Assembly: GCA_964016885.1 (NCBI GenBank)
Contig: OZ024742.1
Span: 214,520,001 to 214,584,000 of the forward strand
Direction of reading: 5' to 3'
From: Eledone cirrhosa
Taxonomy: Eukaryota
Length of the DNA: 64,000 nucleotides
The notes under the pieces were generated by a model. That model saw nothing but the letters and a program-made list of their open reading frames with translations. It was not told where the DNA came from and searched no databases. The position numbers were made by a program, and so were the translations under genes. Positions 41,725 to 54,687 of this stretch are shown in pieces (within the stretch, counting starts at the first letter, position 1; every line of letters begins with the position of its first letter).

Positions 41725-41812
41725 TCCTCTTGATAAGTTGGCAGACCTCGCAAGGACTCTATATCTTTGATATATTGTTTTTGTTTATGCCACGAAACTA
41801 CGTAGTCGAGGA
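41725..41812 (+). ncRNA. Type I hammerhead ribozyme, U3-A8 variant with extended stem II
   Basis: tcctc ttgataa gttggca...tgccac gaaac tacgta gtc gagga: stem I tcctc/gagga, palindromic stem III actacgtagt, GUC cleavage after 41807. Confidence 0.82.
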
Positions 41813-42315
41813 ATTTAGGAGCAGTTTAGGTATGATACATTTTATTACTAATTATATCTAAATGTTTCTTCTCTCTTCATAATGTATTTTTAACTCTGAT
41901 ACTGGTTCAGTCTGGTTCAAACTGAATTGGTCTGTCCCAGTCATTCATTGAGCAACATCGGTGAAGTTGGCACCCTTAACTCGCAGTTGGGTGCGGATGC
42001 ATTCATGTATATATGTGTGTGTCCGCATGTATCTGTGTGTTTCTAAATATATTAATAACTCCCTCTGGTCGAGCAATCTTTGAGGTGTGGGGACAACTGG
42101 AAAGCTTCCATTACTCGTACTTCTCGCCTTCTTCACTACCTCTTCTACGGCCTCGATATGAATACCCCCTCCGCCTCCGTGGTATTTTCTTCGTGGTTAT
42201 AAGAGGCTTAGCTCTGTTTCTCGACCGTTATATCGCGTGACTATCTCCCCCTCCGCCTTTTGGGATTCTTTCTCACGTCGTGTAGACGCGTTCTTGAGAC
42301 TAGTAAAATGAGGTA

Positions 42316-42403
42316 TCCTCTTGATAAGTTGGCAGACCTCGCAAGGACTCTATATCTTTGATATATTGTTTTTGTTTATGCCACGAAACTACGTAGTCGA
42401 GGA
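42316..42403 (+). ncRNA. HHR copy 2 of 591-bp array
   Basis: Same sequence, offset +591. Confidence 0.82.
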
Positions 42404-42906
42404 ATTTAGGAGCAGTTTAGGTATGATACATTTTATTACTAATTATATCTAAATGTTTCTTCTCTCTTCATAATGTATTTTTAACTCTGATACTGGTTCA
42501 GTCTGGTTCAAACTGAATTGGTCTGTCCCAGTCATTCATTGAGCAACATCGGTGAAGTTGGCACCCTTAACTCGCAGTTGGGTGCGGATGCATTCATGTA
42601 TATATGTGTGTGTCCGCATGTATCTGTGTGTTTCTAAATATATTAATAACTCCCTCTGGTCGAGCAATCTTTGAGGTGTGGGGACAACTGGAAAGCTTCC
42701 ATTACTCGTACTTCTCGCCTTCTTCACTACCTCTTCTACGGCCTCGATATGAATACCCCCTCCGCCTCCGTGGTATTTTCTTCGTGGTTATAAGAGGCTT
42801 AGCTCTGTTTCTCGACCGTTATATCGCGTGACTATCTCCCCCTCCGCCTTTTGGGATTCTTTCTCACGTCGTGTAGACGCGTTCTTGAGACTAGTAAAAT
42901 GAGGTA

Positions 42907-42994
42907 TCCTCTTGATAAGTTGGCAGACCTCGCAAGGACTCTATATCTTTGATATATTGTTTTTGTTTATGCCACGAAACTACGTAGTCGAGGA
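42907..42994 (+). ncRNA. HHR copy 3 of 591-bp array
   Basis: Same sequence, offset +1182. Confidence 0.82.
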
Positions 42995-43497
42995 ATTTAG
43001 GAGCAGTTTAGGTATGATACATTTTATTACTAATTATATCTAAATGTTTCTTCTCTCTTCATAATGTATTTTTAACTCTGATACTGGTTCAGTCTGGTTC
43101 AAACTGAATTGGTCTGTCCCAGTCATTCATTGAGCAACATCGGTGAAGTTGGCACCCTTAACTCGCAGTTGGGTGCGGATGCATTCATGTATATATGTGT
43201 GTGTCCGCATGTATCTGTGTGTTTCTAAATATATTAATAACTCCCTCTGGTCGAGCAATCTTTGAGGTGTGGGGACAACTGGAAAGCTTCCATTACTCGT
43301 ACTTCTCGCCTTCTTCACTACCTCTTCTACGGCCTCGATATGAATACCCCCTCCGCCTCCGTGGTATTTTCTTCGTGGTTATAAGAGGCTTAGCTCTGTT
43401 TCTCGACCGTTATATCGCGTGACTATCTCCCCCTCCGCCTTTTGGGATTCTTTCTCACGTCGTGTAGACGCGTTCTTGAGACTAGTAAAATGAGGTA

Positions 43498-43585
43498 TCC
43501 TCTTGATAAGTTGGCAGACCTCGCAAGGACTCTATATCTTTGATATATTGTTTTTGTTTATGCCACGAAACTACGTAGTCGAGGA
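43498..43585 (+). ncRNA. HHR copy 4 of 591-bp array
   Basis: Same sequence, offset +1773. Confidence 0.82.
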
Positions 43586-43654
43586 ATTTAGGAGCAGTTT
43601 AGGTATGATACATTTTATTACTAATTATATCTAAATGTTTCTTCTCTCTTCATA

Positions 43655-43694
<40 letters not shown>

Positions 43695-43847
43695 CATATA
43701 TATTCATATATTCATATATACATATAAAACTACTTCGCTTTTCCTTATTCGATATTTACTCCGTCACTCCTATGTGGAATAAGTACGTTGAGTGCTTGAA
43801 TTGAATTTCATCAATGGTTACCCTAAGTATATATATATATATATATT

Positions 43848-44683
43848 CTTAGGGTAAACATTGATGAAATTCAATTCAAGCACTCAACGTACTTATTTCA
43901 CATAGGAGTGACGGAGTAAATATCGAATAAGGAAAAGCAAAGTAGTTTCAGATGTTCAAGTCCTTTAATAATAATGCTGTGATATATATTTCAATGGCGA
44001 CTGTGGCCACACTGTTCCGTGGTGCCAGTGTCGCGACATCGTCAGACAGCGTGTTACATAATAAGGTTATGTTTCCGAAGCAATCCAAATTGAATCGACA
44101 TGGGAATGGACGAAGTGTGTGCTCTTGGGTTCTTCATCCGTTCCCCTGTAAGTACCAATTCACTCCCACCGGTCTGCGCAGGCGCAGGTCCGAAGGAAGT
44201 TGGCGATAAGCTACCGCAGATTTCAACGAAATTCGCCTAATCAGTTCTCCCTCTCAACCAAACAATGACCCATTCAGGCCTGTTATATATAGCTTACTTC
44301 TCGCCACCCCGTCTGTGGCGGTTAGCCGAAAGCCAGTGGGGATGGGAGATGTGTGAATATCTATAGGTCTCAATTCTACCCCTCATTAAACATGGATAGT
44401 ATAACTGACCATCAACCTCTAAGAGAAAATATACTTAATTCTAGGTATCATGGTTTCACAGTGGAAGTTATGAATGAGATTTGGAAATTAGAACTAAAAA
44501 TTAAAAGTTAAAAATCGAAAATCAGATATCAAATATTAAAAATAAAAAATAAAAAATTAATAATTAGAAAATTAAAAAGATTTACAAGTGAGCATCTAGA
44601 TTGAGGTGAGTAAAAAAAATATATATCACAGCATTATTATTAAAGGACTTGAACATCTGAAACTACTTCGCTTTTCCTTATTC
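43848..44683 (-). mobile_element. Non-coding PLE-type element with HHR, tail and inverted arm
   Basis: Arm 44617-44683 is the inverse of about 43925-43991. HHR at 43976-44050. (TA)n flanks. An extra opposite-facing tail copy lies at 43726-43827. Confidence 0.8.
43976..44050 (-). ncRNA. Type I hammerhead ribozyme
   Basis: gctgt ctgacga tgtcgcgac...gtcgccatt gaaa tatatatc acagc; AUC triplet. Confidence 0.85.
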
Positions 44684-45009
44684 TATATATATATGTGTTA
44701 TGTAATCAACAACATAAGATAATTATTTCATTTACCAGTGGGTTCTTGAAAACAAACAAATCTGCTTTCAGTCATCAGGATGAAAAAATCCTGGTGTTTT
44801 TATTGAATGTGGATTTCAAAACAAAAATATAAGAAAATATATGAAAGAGAGGCTGAAGGAAGACTAGAAAAAGATAATAAATATATAAGTATATAAACAC
44901 ACACACACACACACACAACTCACACGCGCGCACACACACACATACATATATATTTGCACATAAATATACATACACATACACATAAATACACAAACACACA
45001 CATATATTT

Positions 45010-45068
<59 letters not shown>

Positions 45069-45204
45069 TAAATAAATATATAAAAATAAACGACCATGTG
45101 CAGTCACATCAATATACAAAGACAAAATACATATACAAGAAATCAATAAATAAAAGTAAAAAATAAAGTCAAATATATATATATATATATAGAGAGAGAG
45201 ACAG

Positions 45205-45263
<59 letters not shown>

Positions 45264-46214
45264 GTATATACCTGACCTTGTGTTTCTTTTTTGTTTCTGT
45301 TTATACTGTATATGTATATATACTCACATTTGTGTGTACGTATGCGTGATTTCACTTTATTCAATATTTGGATTTGTACTGTATAATAATGTTTGTTTAA
45401 TTAGAAGTTGTGACTCTTGTACAAGATGGAAGAGTTAAGATTACATTTAATTATATCTAGGATCGACTCACCTAAGCACAAACTGTATAATATATTTCGT
45501 TATATTTTTGTAATCAATGAAATTTCATTTGTAATTTTGCTCATATGTAATTACATTTCAGGTTAGTTTTTCATATTTTATTAAAATAAACGTCTCCTAC
45601 AGCAAACAGCTTATTTTCTTTCATATGATTACCTAGCAGGAATGAATATTAAAAAAATGAAACTTTTCCGAAATCTATTTGTTGAAGAATCTATCAGGCC
45701 AACGTGCTTACAGCTGACATTCTACCAAGGGAATGCTAATGCCAATTTACATATTAATATTTTCACAGGCAGTAGCACGTTAACGAAATTTTCCATCTCT
45801 GTAACTTAACTTTAGTTGACCTAATTTCATTATAAAATCTAAACTGATATGAAGGTTGTCGCTTTACTGAAAATTATACTAATGAAACTCTTCGTTCCTC
45901 ATAGTTTAATGATTTATTAAGTAATGTGCTAGATATTAGCATTACAAATGTACCAAATCCAGCACAGAAACCGTCATCTCACAGTATATCTTGTACACAT
46001 GATATAGTATACTATCCACTATACTGAAGAATTTGTTATTAACATGAAGAGGAGTCCTATTTGGGTAACACTTAGAAACGTGATATTTTTTATGAAAACT
46101 TCATACAGAATAAGTGTTTGTATTTGTGTCTCCACCGATTATTGTGAAAATTTCGTAAAGATAAATGTTCATGTTTATATTTAAAACTACAAACTTTTCG
46201 CTTGTATATATATA

Positions 46215-46810
46215 CTAGCAGTGGTACTCGGCGTTGAATGGGATAAGGTATTTTGGAACGCGGGACGCCAACAGACCTAATCGTGGAAAAACTGCATGCC
46301 TGGACAATATGTAAAGAAAATAAACCGAATACTCTGATGGCTGGATAATCTTTAAGATTTTCCTCGACGAAGCAGGAAAAATGCAGATTTTCAACTAATG
46401 CGGGCCCTAGGGGATCAAGAAATGAATTTTGTTAATGTCCATAATATGCCTTGAAATTTCGGGAAAATTGGCTAGATGTAACGCCTCAAAAAACCCCTAA
46501 AACGCTGAAAAAATGAAGTTTTTCAGCTAATGTGGGCCCTAGGCCATTAAAAAGCTGGATTTTCTTTGCTCACGGTATGAAGACGAGACTGGCTAATACA
46601 TAGTTACAATTTCAAGGAAATCGGTCTGACGTAACGCCTCAAAGAAACCCTAAAAAGCTTAAAAACGCAGTTTTTCATCTAATGCGGGCCCTAGGGGATC
46701 AACAAGTTGAACGTTATGTGCATAACACTCCCTGAAACATAAGTAATACACATGTAAAGTTTGAAAAAAACCGGGGTGGTACTCGAGTTTTAGGGATTCA
46801 AACTCACACA
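46215..46810 (-). mobile_element. Non-autonomous Helitron-like element (family of 33250-33848)
   Basis: Reverse complement of 33250-33848; 3' end ...gtaccactgCTAGt. Confidence 0.75.
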
Positions 46811-46811
46811 T

Positions 46812-49800
46812 GACTGACGCTGTATGCTAACCACTCCCTCGTGAATATATCACAGGATAGACAAGGGGCGGGCGGAGGCTTCATAATCCGTAATGTAGTT
46901 AGCCCGTCTAGGAGAGCTACCACTCTGAATAAATTGTTGTGGGATAGAGAAGTCCCTTAAATCCAGTAAGACAACTTCCCTAGAGCTGGTGGCACGAATA
47001 AAAGCACCTAGTCCATACTGTAAAGTGGTGCTGGTTAGGAATGGCATCCAACCATTATATATATATTACTGCCAAAAACTATGAGCACAACAAATGAGAA
47101 TTGCAACAACTGCGTCAAAAACAATAACACTAACCATGTTAGGGCTGCGCACGGTAGTGGGGTGGCGGGTGAGGCCATGTGCGAGAACACCCGACCGTCA
47201 ACAAACAATCGCACTACAGGAAAAAAGAACAAGAATATGAAGACGTCGCGCCTCACAGTTGCCACACTTAATGTTGGCACTCTCACAGGTAAATCTGGTG
47301 AAATAGTGGAGATGCTGGAGAGAAGGCATGTGGATGTGTGCTGTGTGCAAGAGGTGAGATGGAGAGGTGCCTCTGCAAGACTAATCTCAGACATCTTAGT
47401 TATAAGATTTTCTGGGTGGGTAATGACGATGATTTAGGTGGAGTAGGGATTTTATTGGCTGAGCGATGGATCGATAAGACAATAGAGGTAGTTAGAGTTA
47501 GTAATAGAATAATTAAGCTTAGATTAGTTGTAGGCAAGATACTACTGACAATCATCTCTGCCTATGATCCCCAGGCAGGCCTAGGTAGAGAAGAGAAAGA
47601 CTGCTTTTACGAGCAACTTTTACAAACAGCTGCAATGACAGAGGACGGAGACAACGTTTTGCTGGCAGGGGACTTCAATGGTCATGTTGGACAGCTCCAG
47701 GATGGTTACACTCGGGTACATGGTGGGCACGGTTATGTCTCAAGAAATGAAAAAGGAGTGAGGCTTCTTGAATTTTGTGATGCAAGTGCACAAACCATTT
47801 GCAACACTAACTTCCAGAAACCTGCCAACCACCCAATAACCTACAAATCAGGCGAGCACGTAAGTCAGATTGACCTCTTGCTAAGTTAGGCAGCGAGACA
47901 GACATATTGTGTTAAATACCAAGGCATATCCCGGGGAAGAATGTACCCCACATCTTAGGTTAGTCGTTAGTGATATCGCAGTAAGCAATAGGCAGAATGA
48001 GACATACAGGAAGGTGTGGAGAAGAAAGGTCTGGAAGCAAAAAGACGTTTCACTAAAATATACATTTAGGAAAGCCCTTCAAGATGTGTATGACGAAAAA
48101 GAAGACGATTTAGAGTCGTATGACATAGATGATAACTGGAATTTCTTACGTGACAACTTACTGCAGGCTACTGAAGAAACTTGTGGCTGGGGCAGAGCTC
48201 CAACCAGACAGAGAGTGACCTGGTGGGTGAACAGCACAGTAGATAGGACCATTAGAGACAAAAGACTAGCATGGAAGGCTTGGAAAAATGGGAGTACAGA
48301 AGGATACACAGCTGCTAAGAGAGAAGCTAGACGTCAGGTGTACTTAGCACGCAGGGAGGCTGAGAGTAGGAGGTTTGCCAATGTTCTGTGACGGGAAGAT
48401 CAGAGATGTGCGGTGTTCCGCATTGCAAGGCAGTGTGTCAGTGCAAATCAGGATGTTGTTGGAGATAAGTGTGTCTGGAATGATGCCGGTGTACTTAGTG
48501 ACACGAATGATCATAAAAAGGAGGCCTGGAAATGTCATTATGAGAGACTCTTGAATGTGGAGAACGAATGGGAGAGAGAGAAATTACCCACAGTAGAACC
48601 GACAAAGGGACCAGCTATTGAGATTGACGAATATAGGGTGCAAGAGGCGATTAAGGAAATGAAAAATGGTAAGGCCGCTGGACCGTCGGGGATAGTTGCT
48701 GAGATGCTGAAGACATCAGGAGATGTAGGCACTAAACTGGTTGCACGCATCATTTTTCAGGCTATATATGGCGGTGTCATACCCACTGTCTGGTGCAGAA
48801 ATATTCTCATAAATTGCTACAAAGGTAAAGGGGATGCTCTGGGGAGCAGCAATTATAGGTGCATGAAACTGATGGATCAGTTTATGAAAGTGGCATAAAG
48901 GATATGAGCGCAACTAATTAGAGAAAGGGTCAAACTAGATGAGATGCAGTTTGGTTTTGTGCCTGGGAAAAGTACAACAGATGACCTCTTCTTAGTGAGA
49001 CAACTACAAGAGTGGTTCTTAGAGAGAGAAGTATAAACCACTATACTTAGCTTTTGTTGACCTAGAGAAGGCATTTGATAGGTTACCCCGATCAGCCATC
49101 TGGTGGTCCCTAAGGAAACTAGGTGTTGAGGAATGGCTTGTGAGGACAGTGCAAGCTTTGTACAGAGGTGCTGTCAGTAAAGTGTGGGTAGGAATGGAGT
49201 TTAGTGAGGAATTCCAGATAGAAGTAGGACTACATCAGGGTTCTGTCCTCAGATCGCTCTTGTCCTCCAAGCCATAAGAGAAGAGTTTAAGACTGGCTGT
49301 CCATGGGAACTTCTCTCTGCTGACGATCTGGTTCTTATAGCAGAATTAGTAGAGGAGCAACAGAATAAATTCTGGCTATGGAAACAGCAGTGGGAATGAA
49401 GAGGACTGAGAGTGAACCGAACTAAGACAAAAGTGTTGATGAGTAGAAAAGAGGACAAAACTCTGATTCTGTCAGGGAAATCGCCATGTTCGATATGCAG
49501 AAAAGGAACTGGCATAAATTCTATAAAATGTACAGAATGCAGATCTTGGGTACACTTGAAATGTAGTGGGATAGCAAGCAAACTAACAGGTAAGGAAAAA
49601 TACGTATGCAATAGATGTACAGGGAAATTAGACAGTAGAAGTCGCATTGATAGATACATTTTTAAAATGCATGTGGGTTATATAGAATTGTTTGATACCT
49701 TCCGGTACCGAGGTGATCAGAGTAGCATGGGACTGGGTGTTCCGAGGCCATATTATCCAGAATAAGGACGGGTTGGAAGAAGTTTAGGGAGCTGCTTCCT

Positions 49801-49994
49801 CTGTTGCCAAAGAAGGGTTTCTCCCTGTGTACGAAAGGCCGGTTATATGATGCCTGTGTGAGGTGCGCCATCGGCGGGGCTGGTGAGAATAGACCTCAGA
49901 TCGCTGAAGCTCACAGTGGAGATTGACGAAGGACCCGTCCCATCCTTGCAAGCAGGGAAAAGCGGACGTAAAATGATGATGATGATGATCATGA
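46812..49994 (+). mobile_element. Decayed RTE-clade LINE (APE + RT + PHD-like finger)
   Basis: TLNVGTLTGK...CVQEVRW, GVGILL, AGDFNGHVG, SQID, GKAAGPSG, QFGFVPG, DLEKAFD, GLHQGS, ELL.ADDL, CSIC...CTECRSWVHLKC...CNRC; (ATG)n tail. Confidence 0.9.
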
Positions 49995-51651
49995 TATACA
50001 GTGTATGTAGAAGTATCCATCGTCTGCTATTCAGTTTCCATTTAATTGTCTTCTCGTGGGAGATTTGCTAAATAAAGTCATGAATAATTTATTGATTTTA
50101 ATAAGCTAGCACGTGCTGATATATACAATAGAATTCGTACTGACCTCAATTTTAAGTTTAGCATTTATTATACAGAGTTACTCAGATTGAATAAATATTC
50201 CGTTAGATGAAACGCGTATTTTAATAACCCTCTCCTTAGATTACTTTAGAGGAATTTACACTCTTGCAAGTAATTGGGCCTTGTAAAGAAAATATAGGTA
50301 GAGACTTTGAGGAGGAATATAGACGCTTCCATTTTCTCTCCAAGTAAATGATAAATAAATGAGAAATACCAGCCTAAAACTATTTTAGATTCCAACATAT
50401 ATTCAGATCATATAATGTGTAATAGTATTTTAAGGGAATGCCTTACCATAATCTTTAAACAATAAATATTTCTAGCTGATCATTCACTTACCATTAGACA
50501 ATAAAAGGGCAACATTTTTATCCTCTAGTATAGAACGTCATCACAGGAATCTTGTACGTATAAAAGAAATATAATTACCAAAATCCGCATCAAATATTTC
50601 ATAAATTAATTCATAAATGTGTTTAACCCAAATATGAATAACATGATAGTCCTTCTATTTATACTTCATAAAAAAATTCAAAATATTACCTTGGAAAATA
50701 CATGGAATGCGGTTTTAGAAAAATAGAATTGTAATTTATAGAACCATAATCATAATCATAAACTATGTTTAGTTAAGGGAACGTTTTCTTTTCTGAACAA
50801 AATTTAAATTTAGATTCTAAGCCAAATTATAACACTTAATACTCAAAATCAGGATATAATAGACATGGCAAATCTTATTCTCCCAACAGAATAATTAGTG
50901 TGTCATAATAAAATGTGTGGGACCTTAGGAGAGTTGTCCATCAGACACATGCACATTTATAACCTAACCACTGACAACGTCTACGCACAGTGAAAATTAT
51001 ACGCACATTGTTCCAGGTGAACAAAAAATTCAAGATACAAAGTATCTTAGATCTAAATCAAATAAACTGTTTCAGACCAACAGGAAATAATGTCATTATA
51101 ATAAATAACATGATCATGTGACAGCTTTATTTTCATAGATTTGTTTCGTAAAAGAGAATAAAAGCATATTTTGGCTCTAGCTCATTCATTCACACACAGA
51201 TTTGAATGTATATATTCAAATGACTCGAATGAGCAAATAGTACATACGTTATCGAGAAGAAAACTCTGTCTCATAGTGCCAGAATTAAATGTTCCAAGAA
51301 AGGCTTCCACATCTCCCCTATTTTTCTGATTTTGCTCGGTAGATTGACAATTATTCAGAAGTTTGTAGCATTTTATTAATGGAAAATATTAGAATTCCTT
51401 AGAAGTACTTCAAATAGACCTGCACGAACTTTTCACCTGAAAATCGTCTGAATTTTATAGAAATGGCATAAGAAAAACTTTTACAGCGTTAGAAGAATGT
51501 TAATTAATTTAGGGTGTAACTTATGTTTTTATCTCTTCCAAACCTACTACGAAAAATGATGGTACTTATAGAATGACCTGATGCACACACATATATAAAT
51601 ACATACACACATACATGCATACATATACACATACTTACATACACACGCACA

Positions 51652-51759
<108 letters not shown>

Positions 51760-53195
51760 TTCTTCACTGTCAAGTAGGGTTTAAAATAAAAATAAACGCT
51801 AGGCATGTCACAAACAGTTCACTAGCCTCACTTCTGATGTTAGTCCCTGAGTAATATGTAAATGCACCTTTCAACAATTAACTAGAACTGAAACTATTTT
51901 CATTAATTATGTGTTTGGCAGCTCACCAATATGCTGCACCGACGCACATCAGTGACGATCAACAACGCATTTTTGAGTTAAATGATAATGATACCAGCAG
52001 GTACGAATGGTATGTGATATTGAAAACCTATACTAATCAAACGTAATTAGATTCTCCTCAGAAATTATCAGTTATTACTGGCCTCCACTGAGCCATTTGC
52101 CTGACGCTACGTATAGAATCTCATTACAAACACTACATAAACTAATTACTCCATATTGATTTAATGGTAGGTGCCAAATAATGGACAGGGACCAAAACGC
52201 TGAAATTTTGTCATAATGGCATACTAGACAGGTCAATCAAATATTCAGTTCGGTTACAAATTCAGACCAGACGGGTACCGGCTGGTACGTGCAAACCTAA
52301 TCAGAAGATTGCACCACAAATACTATGAACAGCAATGAAATCGTTTCCAGACATGTGTCTACACAGTATTCATTTTAAATAATTCCGAAAATATTAAAGG
52401 GACGTGAGTTTCCGTTACATTTTCCGGTTGCCTCACGGATTTGAACACAACGGACATATCAACAAATGTTAATTTACCAATTAAGATCATTCATCAAACA
52501 AAAGTAGCAGCTTCACTCACTTAAATGTATCACACACACTAATGTATTTCTTCAATGTACCGTGTCGATTTCTTTTTACCTTATATATATATATATATAT
52601 AAACAAAGGATTGATAACCTATAAAGAACCCCTGACCCTATATGTAATTCCCGTAATCGACTGCATCTAATCGAAAGAATCCCATTCCCAACAGCAATAT
52701 ACATTTAAATGTATACATTTCTGAATATCTGTGAAATTAAAAACATTACTGACTAGATAGAGCTGACATTCTAAAAAATGATTTCCATCAAGCCACAACA
52801 CGTTCCAATGTTTTTTGGTTATATTTTTTCCACACATTCTTACTTTCGGAAACACTTTCGTGTTTATTTCAGTTTCCCTTGCAGCAGTATTCACTCTAAT
52901 TACTTAAAAGCAATATTCTCTTGCAATATGTGAGATAACATGTCAGCATGGAGCTATCTGCTACACATTGAGCCACATCATTTGAATTGTACATACGACA
53001 CGAGAATTGTGCACCATTTAAGTTGGCGAAATGTTGGTCTAAGAACAGATGTCCTGAGGGTAATTTAACCAACTGCCACATACAACTGCACATTCAAAAG
53101 TAAGATTTAATTACGTAACAACTGATGCAGTATATTCATTCGTCTAATGAAATCTATCTATCTATATATCTATCTATACATACACACACACACAC

Positions 53196-53297
<102 letters not shown>

Positions 53298-53968
53298 GTG
53301 TGTTTGTGTGTATACATACACATACATATACATACATACACATACATATACATACACATACATATTCATACATACATATTCATACATACATATATATATA
53401 TTGTATATATATATATATGTATATATATACGGCTCTGCTCCAAAGCATAGAGCTAATTATTATGCTGCCAATACCTTAATGGGACACGGGTATACAATAC
53501 CTAACTCCTATTAACCTAAGTATATATGTATATATATTCATATGTGTGTGTGCGTATGTGAGTATTTATGAGTGTGTGTTTGTGTGTGTATGTGTTTATG
53601 TATGTAGACATCATGACATCCTCCTGATGAACATTAGTGATAAAAGATGAAAATAATATAACGTAATGGAAAAGATCGGGTATGGACGTATAGAATTATG
53701 TATGGTCTTTTGCTGGCATGACAGACATTGACTGACATACTACAGACCTAAGAGTATTACACGATGTAATGCTTAAGATTGGAACAGCAATTGAAGAGAT
53801 TTGAGTGTAATACCCAATTTAACAGTGTGTGCATGTATGTGAGAGGAATATTGACTTGTTGCATGCGTTTGCATACATTTGTTGTGTTTTATGGGTGGGT
53901 TATACATACATATACACATATATACATGCATGCATGCACGCACACACACACACACATATATACATATG

Positions 53969-54041
<73 letters not shown>

Positions 54042-54073
54042 AAGAAATTAAAAGATGGTTAACAAATTCCGTA

Positions 54074-54143
54074 TATTTTATTATGCGCATTTCGAAAACA
54101 ACATCAACCTGGGACAAAAATTGTGTTCTCATCAGATAAAATA
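54074..54143 (-). ncRNA. Type I hammerhead ribozyme
   Basis: tattttat ctgatga gaacaca...tgttttc gaaa tgcgca ta ataaaata: 8-bp stem I, palindromic stem III, AUA triplet. Confidence 0.88.
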
Positions 54144-54506
54144 AGGTAACATGATATCAGGCCTAAAAACACTTGTGAACAAGAAAGTGTCCATAACATA
54201 TGACAAAAATATAAGAGAAAAGAAAAAAATAGGAAAAATTAAGAAAAGGAAAGAAGAAGGAAAAAGGAAAAGAAATAGAAGAGAAAAAAAGAAAGAAGGA
54301 GGAGGGAGAAAGAGAAAGAGAGAGAGAGTTAGTTTTGATCGGGAACGCTGTCCAAAAGTGAATAACGGCTAAAAGAATATATATATAATAAAAATAAAAA
54401 TAAATATAAAAATAAATAAATAAATAAATAGATTGATGAGGTGAATGTTCTAATATAACGAATATTAGATGTCTAGAATATATAAACTGGATATATTATT
54501 TAATAT

Positions 54507-54687
54507 GTGGATTGGCAGTATCGGTAGAGAGTCGGACGCCATGCTTTCCAGCATAGTTACGTCCCTTTACGATCTGAGTTCAAATCCCGCCGAGGTTGAC
54601 TTTGCCTTTCATCCTTACGGGGTCGATAAAATAAAGTACCAGTAATGCACTGGGTATTTGCTGGCTTTGTGCCTAAAGTAGAAACAA
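54507..54687 (+). mobile_element. tRNA-derived SINE inserted in PLE 3' UTR
   Basis: Matches 38723-38903; TSD ttatttaatat. Confidence 0.9.

Larger units (their letters stand above)
41692..43660 (+). mobile_element. Retrozyme-like tandem array: 3.3 x 591-bp apparently identical units
   Basis: Units start at 41692, 42283, 42874 and 43465. Four HHRs, no meaningful ORF, (TA)n on both sides. Confidence 0.9.

Noticed and set aside
41945-43422. Repeated 63-aa and 75-aa ORFs, and possible endless translation of a 591-nt (3n) circle
   Set aside because: No recognisable motifs, and no long ORF runs through the array in the six-frame track.
46812-46900. HDV-like ribozyme at the RTE 5' end
   Set aside because: Expected from family knowledge, but I could not assign the nested pseudoknot helices. 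Needs a descriptor search.
52667-53093. Cys-containing minus-strand ORFs as host exons
   Set aside because: No recognisable domain or supported splice structure. BLASTX and RNA-seq are needed.
53615-53670. ctgatga...gaaa motif
   Set aside because: No consistent stems I and III.
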